Below, piece by piece: positions 1 through 10,899 of a DNA stretch of 64,000 nt. The position numbers and the translations under genes were made by a program. Under the pieces are notes generated by a model. It did no database searches. It saw only the letters and a list, made by a program, of their open reading frames with translations, and was not told the origin of the DNA. Each line of letters starts with the position of its first letter. Position 1 is the first letter of the stretch. Origin of the DNA: Hormiphora californensis (taxonomy: Eukaryota; Animalia; Ctenophora); NCBI GenBank assembly GCA_020137815.1, contig CM035353.1, positions 7,936,001 through 8,000,000 of the forward strand, given 5' to 3'.

Positions 1-557
1 ATAACCAATGCATGATACCAATTCCTTCCACTGTAGCTGTTATACTATTAATAACAGCTGCAGTGGATTGAAGTGGACTGATGTTGTGATAACTTGTACC
101 CGGATGAGGACCGCATGTTGTGGATCAATTCAATAATGCGCGCCAAATGCTAACAACATGTGCCTCTCATTTGAAAGCAGATTGCCGCGCGCAACACGAC
201 CAATTCATAACCAACATCGAGTTGTTTTGTTCAAACCCAAACAGGGTCGAGCAAGGCAAACAGCAAATACGAGCGGTTGAGGGGGTACAACTAGTTATGA
301 AAATAGTATTCAAGTAATCGAGTTTGGAAAGGTTAACAGGAAGAGTGGCAGCTAGAATAGAGGAACAGTATAACGAGTTGCCTTGCCTCGACATAATAAC
401 AAATAACGGGATGTCTGAGACAGACTTGATAGTGTGAGAGAGTGTTATTTATATATTCATAAGTTGCCAAACAAGAAGATGGAAACACGATGGTGAATTG
501 GCGGGACGGATTGAAGCTGAGAAAATCGGAGATAAACAACAAAATAGCAGAGATTAC

Positions 558-3545
558 CAGGGTGTGAACTGCATGTCGTGTTTGCTAGTCGCGAGCGCAC
601 TTGCGAGACAAGCAAACACGTAAAGGTTCATTAACAAGCATGCTGCTCAGTCATTTTAGATTTAATACACAATGTAAGGATACCATGTAATAGGTGAGAC
701 TCTTGCCGTCACCCTCATTCAAGTCCCGTGAAAAACGGAGCAGTACACGCAAACTGATGCCCATTTTCCTCGCGTGACCCCGATTCAGCAGTTTGAGACA
801 CCAACTCTTTAGGGGGCCATATCTCAGGAACCAGACAAGATAGGAAAAATCGCCGTCTAATGAGGCGTACAGTTTTTAATCTAGTTTACCACTGTACCGG
901 CCGTTTCACTCTCCGACCTAAAACAAAAATCGCAACCCCACAAAACTTCAAAATAATGAAATTCGCATCTCGCATGTCGTGTTGCATGTCGTGTTGCATG
1001 TCGTGTCATGTTATTGACGCGCTCGCGTTCAACTCTCACACAGCAGCTGCAGAACATGGCGGGAAACATCGAGGAGTAGAGAGAGGGTCGGTGCCGAATC
1101 AAATATTTCTTGATCTTGATCTACTCCATCTCTCAGCTATCCTACCCCTCATCAACTCGATCTCTCAGCTACCCTACCCCTCATCTACTCCATCTTTCAG
1201 CTACCCTACCCCTCATCTACTCCATCTTTCAGCTACCCTACCCCTTATCTAGTCCATCTCTCAGCTACCCTACTCCTCATCTACTCCATCTCTCAGCTTT
1301 CCTATTAGGGAAGCATAGAGATGGAAACGATTAGGGGTAGGGAATCCCTATCCATAATCGTTTCCATCTCTATGCTTCCCTAGCCCTCATCAACTCCATC
1401 TTTCAGCTACCCTACCCCTAATCTAGTCCATCTCTCCGCTACCCTACTCCTCATCTACTCCATCTTTCAGCTACCCTACCTCCCATTTACTCCATCTCTC
1501 AGCTTCCCTACCTGCCATTTACTCCATCTCTCAGATACCCTACCTCCCATTTACTCCATCTCTCAGCTTACCTACCTCCCATTTACTCCATCTCTCAGCT
1601 TCCCTACCTCCCATTTACTCCATCTCTCAGCTTCCCTACCTCCCATTTACTCCATCTCTCAGCTTCCCTACCTCCCATTTACTCCATCTCTCAGGGGTAG
1701 AAATGTTAGGATAAATGAGAGATGGAGTAAATGGGAGGTAGGGAAGCTGAGAGATGGAGTAAATGGGAGGTAGGGAAGCTGAGAGATGGAGTAAATGGGA
1801 GGTAGGGAAGGTAAGCGATGGAGTAAATGGGAGGTAGGGAAGCTGAAAGATGGAGTAAATGGGAGGTAGGGAAGCTGAGAGATGGAGTAAATGGGTGGTA
1901 GGGTAGCTGAGAGATGGAGTGAATGGGAGGTAGGGTAGCTGAGAGATGGAGTAAATAGGAGGCAGGGATGGAGTAAATGGGAGGTAGGGAAGCTGAGGGA
2001 TGGAGTAAATGGGAGGTAGGGAAGCTGAGGGATGGAGTAAATGGGAGGTAGGGTAGCTGATAGATGGAGTGAATGGGAGGTTGGGTAGCTGAGAGATGGA
2101 GTAAATGGGAGGTAGGGAAGCTGAGAGATGGAGTAAATGGGAGGTAGGGAAGCTGAGAGATGGAGTAAATGGGAGGTAGGTAAGCTGAGAGATGGAGTAA
2201 ATGGGAGGTAGGGTATCTGAAAGATGGAGTAAATGGCAGGTAGGGAAGCTGAGATATGGAGTAAATGGGAGGTAGGTAAGCTGAGAGATGGAGTAAATGG
2301 GAGGTAGGGAAGCTGAGAGATGGAGTAAATGGGAGGAAGGGAAGCTGAGAGATGGAATAAATGGCAGGTGGGGAAGCTGATAGATGGAGTGAATGGGAGG
2401 TTGGGTAGCTGAGAGATGGAGTAAATGGAAGGTAGGGAAGCTGAGAGATGGAGTAAATGGGAGGTAGGGTAGCTGAGAGATGGAGTAAATGGCAGGTAGG
2501 GAAGCTGAGATATGGAGTAAATGGGAGGTAGGTAAGCTGAGAGATGGAGTAAATGGGAGGTAGGGAAGCTGAGAGATGGAGTAAATGGGAGGTAGGGTAG
2601 CTGAGAGATGGAGTAAATGGGAGGTAGGGTAGCTGAGAGATGGAGTAGATGAGGAGTAGGGTAGCGGAGAGATGGACTAGATTAGGGGTAGGGTAGCTGA
2701 AAGATGGAGTTGATGAGGGCTAGGGAAGCATAGAGATGGAAACGATTATGGATAGGGATTCCCTACCCCTAATCGTTTCCATCTCTATGCTTCCCTAATA
2801 GGGAAGCTGAGAGATGGAGTAGATGAGGAGTAGGGTAGCTGAGAGATGGACTAGATAAGGGGTAGGGTAGCTGAAAGATGGAGTAGATGAGGGGTAGGGT
2901 AGCTGAAAGATGGAGTAGATGAGGGGTAGGGTAGCTGAGAGATCGAGTTGATGAGGGGTAGGATAGCTGAGAGATGGAGTAGATCAAGATCAAGAAATAT
3001 TTGATTCGGCACCGACCCTCTCTCTACTCCTCGATGTTTCCCGCCATGTTCTGCAGCTGCTGTGTGAGAGTTGAACGCGAGCGCGTCAATAACATGACAC
3101 GACATGCAACACGACATGCAACACGACATGCGAGATGCGAATTTCATTATTTTGAAGTTTTGTGGGGTTGCGATTTTTGTTTTAGGTCGGAGAGTGAAAC
3201 GGCCGGTACAGTGGTAAACTAGATTAAAAACTGTACGCCTCATTAGACGGCGATTTTTCCTATCTTGTCTGGTTCCTGAGATATGGCCCCCTAAAGAGTT
3301 GGTGTCTCAAACTGCTGAATCGGGGTCACGCGAGGAAAATGGGCATCAGTTTGCGTGTACTGCTCCGTTTTTCACGGGACTTGAACGAGGGTGACGGCAT
3401 GAGTCTCACCTATTACATGGTATCCTTACATTGTGTATTAAATCTAAAATGACTGAGCAGCATGCTTGTTAATGAACCTTTACGTGTTTGCTTGTCTCGC
3501 AAGTGCGCTCGCGACTAGCAAACACGACATGCAGTTCACACCCTG
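558..3545. mobile_element. Non-autonomous foldback (long-TIR) DNA element with internal minisatellite
   Basis: Begins CAGGGTGTGAACTGCATG at 558 and ends with its reverse complement at 3545. The arms (558-1693 and 1716-3545) are near-identical inverted copies; the ORF track shows the same spurious 130-aa ORF on both strands. Spacer is 22 nt. ATTAC flanks both sides (553-557, 3546-3550). No transposase ORF. Confidence 0.88.
1120..2990. repeat. ~32-bp purine/pyrimidine-skewed minisatellite inside the foldback
   Basis: Unit CTTCCCTACCTCCCATTTACTCCATCTCTCAG in the left arm and its complement GAGAGATGGAGTAAATGGGAGGTAGGGAAGCT in the right arm. The right arm has many more copies. Confidence 0.9.
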
Positions 3546-4981
3546 ATTACTTGTTTGGTTCAAACCCTGAACAAGGCAAGAGACTAAGATAAGATCACAA
3601 TAAATGGCATTATATCAGAAGTGGACTGATGTTGTGATAACTTGTAGAATCATTGAATAACATTTTGAAAGGTGGGATATTCGACCGACATAAATATCTT
3701 CTTAAAAAGTAAGACGCAAACTTCTCAGTAATGTGTGTTCAAGTTAATGGCATGGACGATCGAATAAACAACTATTTCCTACATTACCCCTACTATAATT
3801 CCAACATTGTAGGATTGCTACTCATTTATCAGTAGCAAGCAAAGAAATGCAAGGTAAGAAGTTCTAAAAGCATTCGAATCTTAAAATAAGTTAAAAAATG
3901 AGAGGGGAAATGGAAACCGGAATAGGTCCCCCTCGGCCCTCCCGTACGATCTGTCAGGCTATAACACACCTGGGCAATTGATAGAGAGGAGATAGAGGGA
4001 GATAGAATTATAGAAAGAGAGAGATAGAGTGTGTGTGTGTGTGTGAGAGAGAGAAGAGAGAGTGTGTGTGTGTGTGAGAGATAGATAGAAACAGAGAGAG
4101 AGAGAGATCAGAGAGAGAGAAATCATACCGGAAGAACTGGGAGGAAAATGTTGTTCACAGTGGTCAGCACCTTGCAGTCACCCATCATATCCAGCACACA
4201 TGTGCAGCACTTTTAGCAGGTTCCATTCCCCTGCAGCAGCTTCATAGTGAAATGGTTTACAATCTGAAAATAAATGAGAATTCAGGACCTACTGATTACA
4301 CAGTTGACACACCTGACTGCTGACACTACAATTTACCCTGGCTTGCAGGCCCCCCTCTTACCACTACTTGCCTTGTTCGACCCTCCTTAAAATAAAAAGA
4401 GTTTGAACAATGAACAAAACAACCACTTAAATTACATGTAATGGTGATGGTGATGGTCTCACAAAGTGTTTCCCGTTCAGCCCCTCTTCCACGACATCCT
4501 TCCCAACTTTATCCATACCATCCTCTACCTTCCATTCCCATCCCCCGTGTGGTCAGTGGGTACTACTGGTGTGCTATTTTTTTCAATCCCTAATAAAATT
4601 CAAAATTTCTCTTGGTATCGGGTTAAATGAGCTCCTACAACAACAACAACAACAAAATGGATTTATATACCGACTAAATAGACAAGTACTCTCGATTGGT
4701 TCGAAGAGCAATTGCCATTCATAGCGGTTCTCTCATCCTATCTTGACATATTGGTTGACAAAAGGTCGTAAATGGTAACTCATACTGGTGACTTATAACT
4801 GACATATATAGTAGACTTTATTAACTCTCAACACTTGGTGACTGTGGGTGACAAGTATAATCAGAAAAAATAATAACAAAAATGATAAACTGAATAGTAT
4901 CTTAGATTATAAAGAATTATGTGACAGCAGCAGGGGTGACCGTGTGAGAACGGGGACTAATGAATAACCGAAAAGAACTTA

Positions 4982-7900
4982 TTAAAGACTGATGTCGAAA
5001 ACCAAATAAGGTCTTTCAGAGAAGGTAACAGTAGCATCGAACAGGTAGGTCTTCAGGCGAATACGGAAGGAGTCCTCTGAAGGTGCGTCTCTGAGGTTCT
5101 CCGGTAGGTTGTTCCAGACATGGGGGAGATATTGGGATATTCTCCTTTTTCCCAGTTTGCTCACTTTCACATTTCCAGAAAGTAGCTTTAACTTGTAATG
5201 GTCTACTTTACAGCTCTGACGAGTAGACTTCTGCACTGCAGTATTTTCATCATGTTCCACTAGATCCTGAAGGTACTGAGGGGCACTTCCATAATAGATC
5301 TTGTACCCTAGTAAACAGATTTTGAAAAATATCCTCTTTTCAATCGTAAGGATATGGGAATCACGGTAGAAGGGGTCCAGATCAACTTTCCTCTCTCTGA
5401 CTCCATGGATGTATCTTATTACTTGATTCATTAGTCCTTTCAGCGGCTTGATGGTAGAGGCCGGTAGGTTGAAATACAGGGCATTGCAATAGTCCACTTT
5501 GGATATGACCAGCTGGGAGGCAAGCATCAGACGTAGAGGTTTATCAATGAATCGGCGGATCTGCCAGAGGTTCCTCATAGTAACTCCAGCATTCCTCTTG
5601 ACCATGGAGATTTGACGTTTCATATCCATTTGTTCATCAAGATAGACACCAAGGGTCTTTCCCGATTTTCCAGCCATGTCCATGGGGGAAATGATGTTCC
5701 CATTTAGCTCAAGAGTCAGGTCACTCTCCTCACGTACAATATCCATCTTCTTCTTCTTCCCCAGGATAAGAAACTCAGTTTTATCCTCATTAACCATCAG
5801 TCTGTTTTCAATCATCCACGTTCTTACCTCCTCCAAACATTTCTCAATAGTCTCCTTTGAACCTGTCCAGCCTTCCACAGGGCAGAATCCGATGTATATA
5901 GTGCTATCGTCTGCATAAAGTCGTATTGTGAGTCCATACTTCTTTACAATAGGTTCTAGTGGTTCCACATACAGGGCAAAGAGGACAGGACCAAGGAGAG
6001 AGCCTTGGGGTACTCCATATTTGAGAAAGAGCCTAGGTGAGAGGGCATCTCCAATTTTAACTTTATAGCTCCTGTCATTGAGATAGCTAGTGAACCATTC
6101 GAGTACCGTTGATCCAATTCCAAACCGCTTCTCCAGTCTCTTCAAAAGCTGAGGGTGGTCAATGGTATCAAATGCAGCCGAAAGATCAATTTGAACGACT
6201 GCCACAACATTTCCTCTGTCCATTTCCCCAAGGACATCATCAACGACTCGCACCATATGTGTCTCACAACTGTGGTTGGGGCGAAAACCAGATTGGCATT
6301 CACCTCGCAGGTCGTTTTTCTCCAAATGTTCATTTAGCTGTACATTAACAGCTTTCTCCGCTAGCTTGGACAGAACACTGAGATTCGAGACTGGTCTGTA
6401 GTTCGCAAGAGAGTCCACATCTCCAGATGTATTCTTGATTGTGGGCCTCACAATAGCCTCTTTCAGTCCTGACGGGAATACACCACTCTGCAAAGAAGTG
6501 TTCACGATTTTGGTAAGCACTGGTAGTAGAGTAGGGAGAAGCTGCTTCAGCAGAGAGGTCGGGATAGGGTCCAAGTCACAGAACTTATCCGGCAGGCTCT
6601 TTACAAGGCTTGCCACTTCATCTTCAGTCATAAGACTGAACGTCTCAAATCTTTCTGTCTCTCCTTCAAAAGCACCGGACTCCGTTGATTTCTTTCCACC
6701 CAACTCTTCAATCTTGTCACCAATCTTCTTCTGTAGTTTATCAATCTTGGACTTGAAAAACTCTCCAAACTCAGTTGCTAGTTTCTCCGGGTTGACCATA
6801 TCTGGGAGGATAACATTGGAGTTACCCAGTAGCTTGCTCAGTTGTTGGTTGAGCCTCTTTTGATCGCGTCCACAGAGTTCAATATTTCTTCTGGTGTATT
6901 CTGACCGTTTTCTGACCTCCATCTTGTTGAAAGCTGACCTTAGTTCCACATACATGGCCCTCAGCTGCGGCTTCTCCTTTGTCTTGTCCTTTCTCCACTT
7001 TCTCTCAGCACGCCGCTTCTTCCTCCGGAGGGTTAGCAGCTCTTCATCCATCCATGGTGTATACTTCTCTTTCTTCCTTCTCTTCTTCATAGGACAGTGC
7101 TTATCAACCAGGAATAGCAACGCTCCATATAACTTCTCAACAAGGCTATCAACATCCTCTTCATCAGCAGGTGAGGTAAACAGTCCACTGGCTTTTAGAT
7201 CCTCATTAAAACTCTCCACATCCACCTTCGAGAAGTCCCGATACCAAATTGTCTCCGGCCGTTTCCTCTTACTGATCCTCGCAGTCAGTTGTAGGTCCAC
7301 TGTAACAAGATGGTGGTCTGAAGTAGTTCCCTCCTCCAAGATCCTAACTGGTTCAAGACAATCTGCTACTGTAGCATCCATCAGGGCTAGGTCCAGAGTA
7401 CCTCCATGTCTGTGTGTCGATATCAAGGGAACCATCTGTTTGAAGTCAAACTCCTCGATCATCTCCTGTAGCTTTTTTGGATAAAATTCATCAGGCCTTT
7501 CCATGTGAAAGTTGAAGTCTCCCATGATTAATGGTGTCCCGACTTTACAGTTTAGTTCCTCAAGGTATCCCTTGAATTCATCCAGGAAGTGGCTCTGGGT
7601 ATGCGGTGCCTTCTTCGAGTACGGTGGCCTATAGATGTTTACTAGCCGGTACATCTCACTAGCATTTCCAATAGTATTCTCTGTACACTCAAAGGTCTTG
7701 AAACACTTGGTAGGTCCAGATTTAACACCCAGGTCCGCTCTGTATACCATTGCTACTCCACCGCCAATCCTCTGCTTCCTCGGTGCCGAGTGGATTTCCC
7801 ATCCTCTTTCCTTTATCTCATGATGTTTAGCATTGTCACCTTTCCTCAGGTAGGTCTCTTGAAGAAGACAAATATCAACAAGCTGGTCCTCAAGGTGTTC

Positions 7901-8017
7901 CAGTACACCAGCAGTCTTATTGACAAGGGAGTTGCAGTTCAATGTTCCAACTCTTAGTGAGTTCTCCTTCTTTCCAAGAAGTCTCGTGCCTTCCGACTGT
8001 ACTCGTTTTTTAACATC
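4982..8017 (-). CDS. LINE ORF2: apurinic endonuclease + reverse transcriptase (no ATG at its 5' end)
   Basis: APE motifs LLQET, GGGVA, IYRPP, GDFN, TLDL, SDH. RT motifs NYRPVS, QSGFR, DLSAAFDTIDH, GVPQGSLLGP, YADD, KTE. L2/CR1-type C-terminus (SKVDYCNAL, WNNLP, LKTYLF). The frame is open from 8017, just after TGA at 8018-8020, to the stop at 4982. Confidence 0.93.
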   Translation of the reverse strand, partial: DVKKRVQSEGTRLLGKKENSLRVGTLNCNSLVNKTAGVLEHLEDQLVDICLLQETYLRKGDNAKHHEIKERGWEIHSAPRKQRIGGGVAMVYRADLGVKSGPTKCFKTFECTENTIGNASEMYRLVNIYRPPYSKKAPHTQSHFLDEFKGYLEELNCKVGTPLIMGDFNFHMERPDEFYPKKLQEMIEEFDFKQMVPLISTHRHGGTLDLALMDATVADCLEPVRILEEGTTSDHHLVTVDLQLTARISKRKRPETIWYRDFSKVDVESFNEDLKASGLFTSPADEEDVDSLVEKLYGALLFLVDKHCPMKKRRKKEKYTPWMDEELLTLRRKKRRAERKWRKDKTKEKPQLRAMYVELRSAFNKMEVRKRSEYTRRNIELCGRDQKRLNQQLSKLLGNSNVILPDMVNPEKLATEFGEFFKSKIDKLQKKIGDKIEELGGKKSTESGAFEGETERFETFSLMTEDEVASLVKSLPDKFCDLDPIPTSLLKQLLPTLLPVLTKIVNTSLQSGVFPSGLKEAIVRPTIKNTSGDVDSLANYRPVSNLSVLSKLAEKAVNVQLNEHLEKNDLRGECQSGFRPNHSCETHMVRVVDDVLGEMDRGNVVAVVQIDLSAAFDTIDHPQLLKRLEKRFGIGSTVLEWFTSYLNDRSYKVKIGDALSPRLFLKYGVPQGSLLGPVLFALYVEPLEPIVKKYGLTIRLYADDSTIYIGFCPVEGWTGSKETIEKCLEEVRTWMIENRLMVNEDKTEFLILGKKKKMDIVREESDLTLELNGNIISPMDMAGKSGKTLGVYLDEQMDMKRQISMVKRNAGVTMRNLWQIRRFIDKPLRLMLASQLVISKVDYCNALYFNLPASTIKPLKGLMNQVIRYIHGVRERKVDLDPFYRDSHILTIEKRIFFKICLLGYKIYYGSAPQYLQDLVEHDENTAVQKSTRQSCKVDHYKLKLLSGNVKVSKLGKRRISQYLPHVWNNLPENLRDAPSEDSFRIRLKTYLFDATVTFSERPYLVFDISL

Positions 8018-9168
8018 TCAGCTCCGGCTGTTCTATTCATCAATCTCTCCTTCTCCATGATAAAGAAGGGACACTGGAAACTGTTCGCTGTGTGGGTGGT
8101 GGCATTGAGCTGATCGATCTTGCTTCGGCTACTCTTGCAGTTTGCACAGCATCTGGAGTCAACTTTTCTATCCTTCTTCACTTGACAATCCTTGAACCGA
8201 TGATTTCCAGCACAGTAGGTACAAACTGGATCACCGCTGTCTCTCCTGGGGCACATCACTGAGTCTGACTTGTGACCATAGCGTTGACACTTGAAACATT
8301 GAACGATATGGAATCGATCCTTCACAATGTGGATTTGAAAATCAATGTTAATTCTGTCATTCCTTTTGCGAACAATCTCCCGTATCTTTTTTGACATCTG
8401 GACAACTGCATATCGATCCTCCTTATGAAGAAAGATGACTTTCAGTTCCTCTTGGTGACATTCAACCTGCTCTTTGATTTCCTCATTTTTCCTCAGTATT
8501 TCACTGTACACTTCCTCGGCAGTGGTAATTTCTCCAGCAATGTCTGAGATTGTAACTTTGGGATTGAGCTTCTTGGTGGTCAGAGTGGCTGTTGAAGTAT
8601 CAAATTCAGATTTCAGCAGCTCTTCAGCTTTGTCTCGTTGAGACTTGTCCTTGAAAACTAGATTGGTATCCTCTTCATTCGAGCTGGTTCCATCAACTGG
8701 GATTGACTGCAGAGTCTTTCGTACCTTCGCCTTTACAACTTTCCACTTTTCCAGTCCAACTTTCTCAAGTTTGAGGGTGTGCTTCTGTGGTGTCTTCTTA
8801 GGGCTGGGGTTGAGCAACTTTCCAGTATCATCAGTCTTCTCCTTGCCGTTTATCGCCTTCTGTATCATGTCTGGTATGTTTGCAAAACACTCCCGCATAG
8901 CCTCAAGCTCCTTGAGAACCTGTTCAGACCTATCCTGTCCCACTACTGCTCCTTCTTCTGACTTGGTCTTCACAAGGTCTTCCTGCTGCTTGTCCACCAT
9001 TCTCAATATGTTAATAGCAAAATTCCATAGAATATCTTTAGTGATACCCGCTGGGGGAGCTTTTTTACCTTGCAAGATTGGGTCCATATCCACAGGTAGA
9101 TTATCTTTCATAAACGTGTCCAACTCTTTCCTCGTCCATAACTTTAGCGGGATTGCCTTCAATGTCAT
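7954..9168 (-). CDS. LINE ORF1 (gag-like nucleic-acid chaperone with zinc knuckles)
   Basis: ATG at 9168. C-terminal CFKCQRYGH..C, CTYCAGNH..C and CANC...H..C knuckles. Lies directly upstream of, and overlaps, ORF2. Confidence 0.88.
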   Translation of the reverse strand: MTLKAIPLKLWTRKELDTFMKDNLPVDMDPILQGKKAPPAGITKDILWNFAINILRMVDKQQEDLVKTKSEEGAVVGQDRSEQVLKELEAMRECFANIPDMIQKAINGKEKTDDTGKLLNPSPKKTPQKHTLKLEKVGLEKWKVVKAKVRKTLQSIPVDGTSSNEEDTNLVFKDKSQRDKAEELLKSEFDTSTATLTTKKLNPKVTISDIAGEITTAEEVYSEILRKNEEIKEQVECHQEELKVIFLHKEDRYAVVQMSKKIREIVRKRNDRINIDFQIHIVKDRFHIVQCFKCQRYGHKSDSVMCPRRDSGDPVCTYCAGNHRFKDCQVKKDRKVDSRCCANCKSSRSKIDQLNATTHTANSFQCPFFIMEKERLMNRTAGAEMLKNEYSRKARDFLERRRTH

Positions 9169-10899
9169 CACTAGCTACGATCTGCAGGATAAATTCAAGG
9201 CCTCGCCTAACGACAACTAGTGTCAATCCTCCGAGTAAGATCCGGTCTTCTCTTGTCTTAGGCCTTGTCTTTCTCACACAGAAACTGTTACCAGTCTCTG
9301 ATAAACCCAGAAAAGACAAAACAAAAAAGTATAAAGAGCCGAATATATACCAAAGAACTTAGCGAATTGGAAAAACGAAACCTCAAATTAATTTGTTTAA
9401 AGTAGTGTTGAAAAGTTTGAAACTCTTTCCTACGATCATTCTAAAACATTTTACCACAAAGTTTTGGCTCTACCATGGCCCAATTACGTTGGCACGAGCT
9501 ATGCCCATATATGGGCATATTCATTTCAAAAAGTCTGTTTTAGGGCGTTATTTCGAACAAAACACACATATCAATCGTCTCGTGACAACTTATACAACTG
9601 TTACTTTCAGTTTGAGCCTTCAGATATCCACTTTATGAACAAAAATAAAAATTTTTCTCTCTTTTTTTTCTTGCTGATTTTACCAACTTGCAGAATCGTG
9701 GGGACGAATTTTAATTTTTTTAGTTTTTTCTTGGTGGAAAGCAAATTTCGGTTGTAATCGACTAATTTTGGCCTGCGGAACACGATCCCGTTCATGAAAA
9801 AGCTCTCAAAATTGAAGAACATGTCCAAAATGAACATTTTTCGTCAAAAATGAACATTGTTTGTCAAAAATGAACATTTTTAGGTCAAAAATGAACTTTA
9901 GCATCATTTAATGATGCATATTAATTCCTGTCAGTTTCGAGGTGCTGAACACAATCCTGACCATAAAAATTTGATATCAAGAACATGTCAAAAACTGGTG
10001 AAAACTGGTGAAAACCACACATATTTTCCAGTTTTTACCATTTTTCGGTTAAAAACTACACTTTTTAAATCACGATGCCAACGTAACTGACAAACAATAT
10101 CCCGATTCTGTTTTGCTGATGTGATAGAGAATTGTCCATAGTTCCACATTAGCTAGATACTGAATGGCCTAGTCGAAAAAAATTTGAAATAGCACACCCT
10201 AGACTGGGTAGTGGTACGTGTTCTTGATGAGTGGCTACCACAAGGCTCGCGTATTGTAACCAATGGTTACTAACCATGGTTAGTTACTGTGATGAAATAG
10301 GAAATATGATATGGCAGTGAACATCGTGACATGCGAGATCGAGCAATGGTACCAGACAATGAACGTACAGAGAAAACAGTGTTGCTCACATCGCATTTTA
10401 TAAGCACGCTGTGTGGACACTGAGTGTTCGGTAGATCAAAGAAAATGCTGTCCCCAGTCCAGATTATTATTCGATATTCTTACTTTGTTTTCAAGGTATT
10501 GCCGTTGCAGATGGGATACAGAGACTGCAGCCTTGGCTGACATAAAATATTCCTTGTCACGATTCCGGCCTGATAAACGGGAAATCCTTCTGTGGTTCTG
10601 TGTCTCCACATGATTCGTATTTCCTGAGAATTTGAAAATATTTGGAATCACACGGAAGCGAAGGAAGCGGAGGAGAATTGAACAACAACAACAACATGGA
10701 ATCGAAAATATGACTGAGTCCCGGACCAGGTGAATGTCTCCAATTCTCTTGGCTCTGTGTCTATATTTCACTCTCAAGTCCCAAGTGTCACAAACCTTTT
10801 GGGAGTTATACGGGAGCTGCTATTTAATCACCAACGTGTTCTAGGGAGGGTGCACTAGCGATTATACATCCTATATCATCCGTGGGCGACACCAAAACT

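Larger units (their letters stand above)
4637..9360 (-). mobile_element. Full-length non-LTR retrotransposon, L2/CR1 group
   Basis: ORF1 plus APE-RT ORF2 on the minus strand. The 3' UTR ends in a (TTG)n tail, seen as caacaacaac... at ~4637-4655. The 5' boundary is approximate. Confidence 0.9.

Noticed and set aside
860-3243. Mirror-image 130/74/73-aa ORFs
   Set aside because: They are by-products of the inverted arms and minisatellite, with no protein features.
4128-4263. Exon-like minus-strand segment bounded by AG and GT
   Set aside because: Stops in all three frames; could not assign a product.
5676-9220. Plus-strand ORFs antisense to the LINE
   Set aside because: Shadow ORFs of the coding strand with no motifs.
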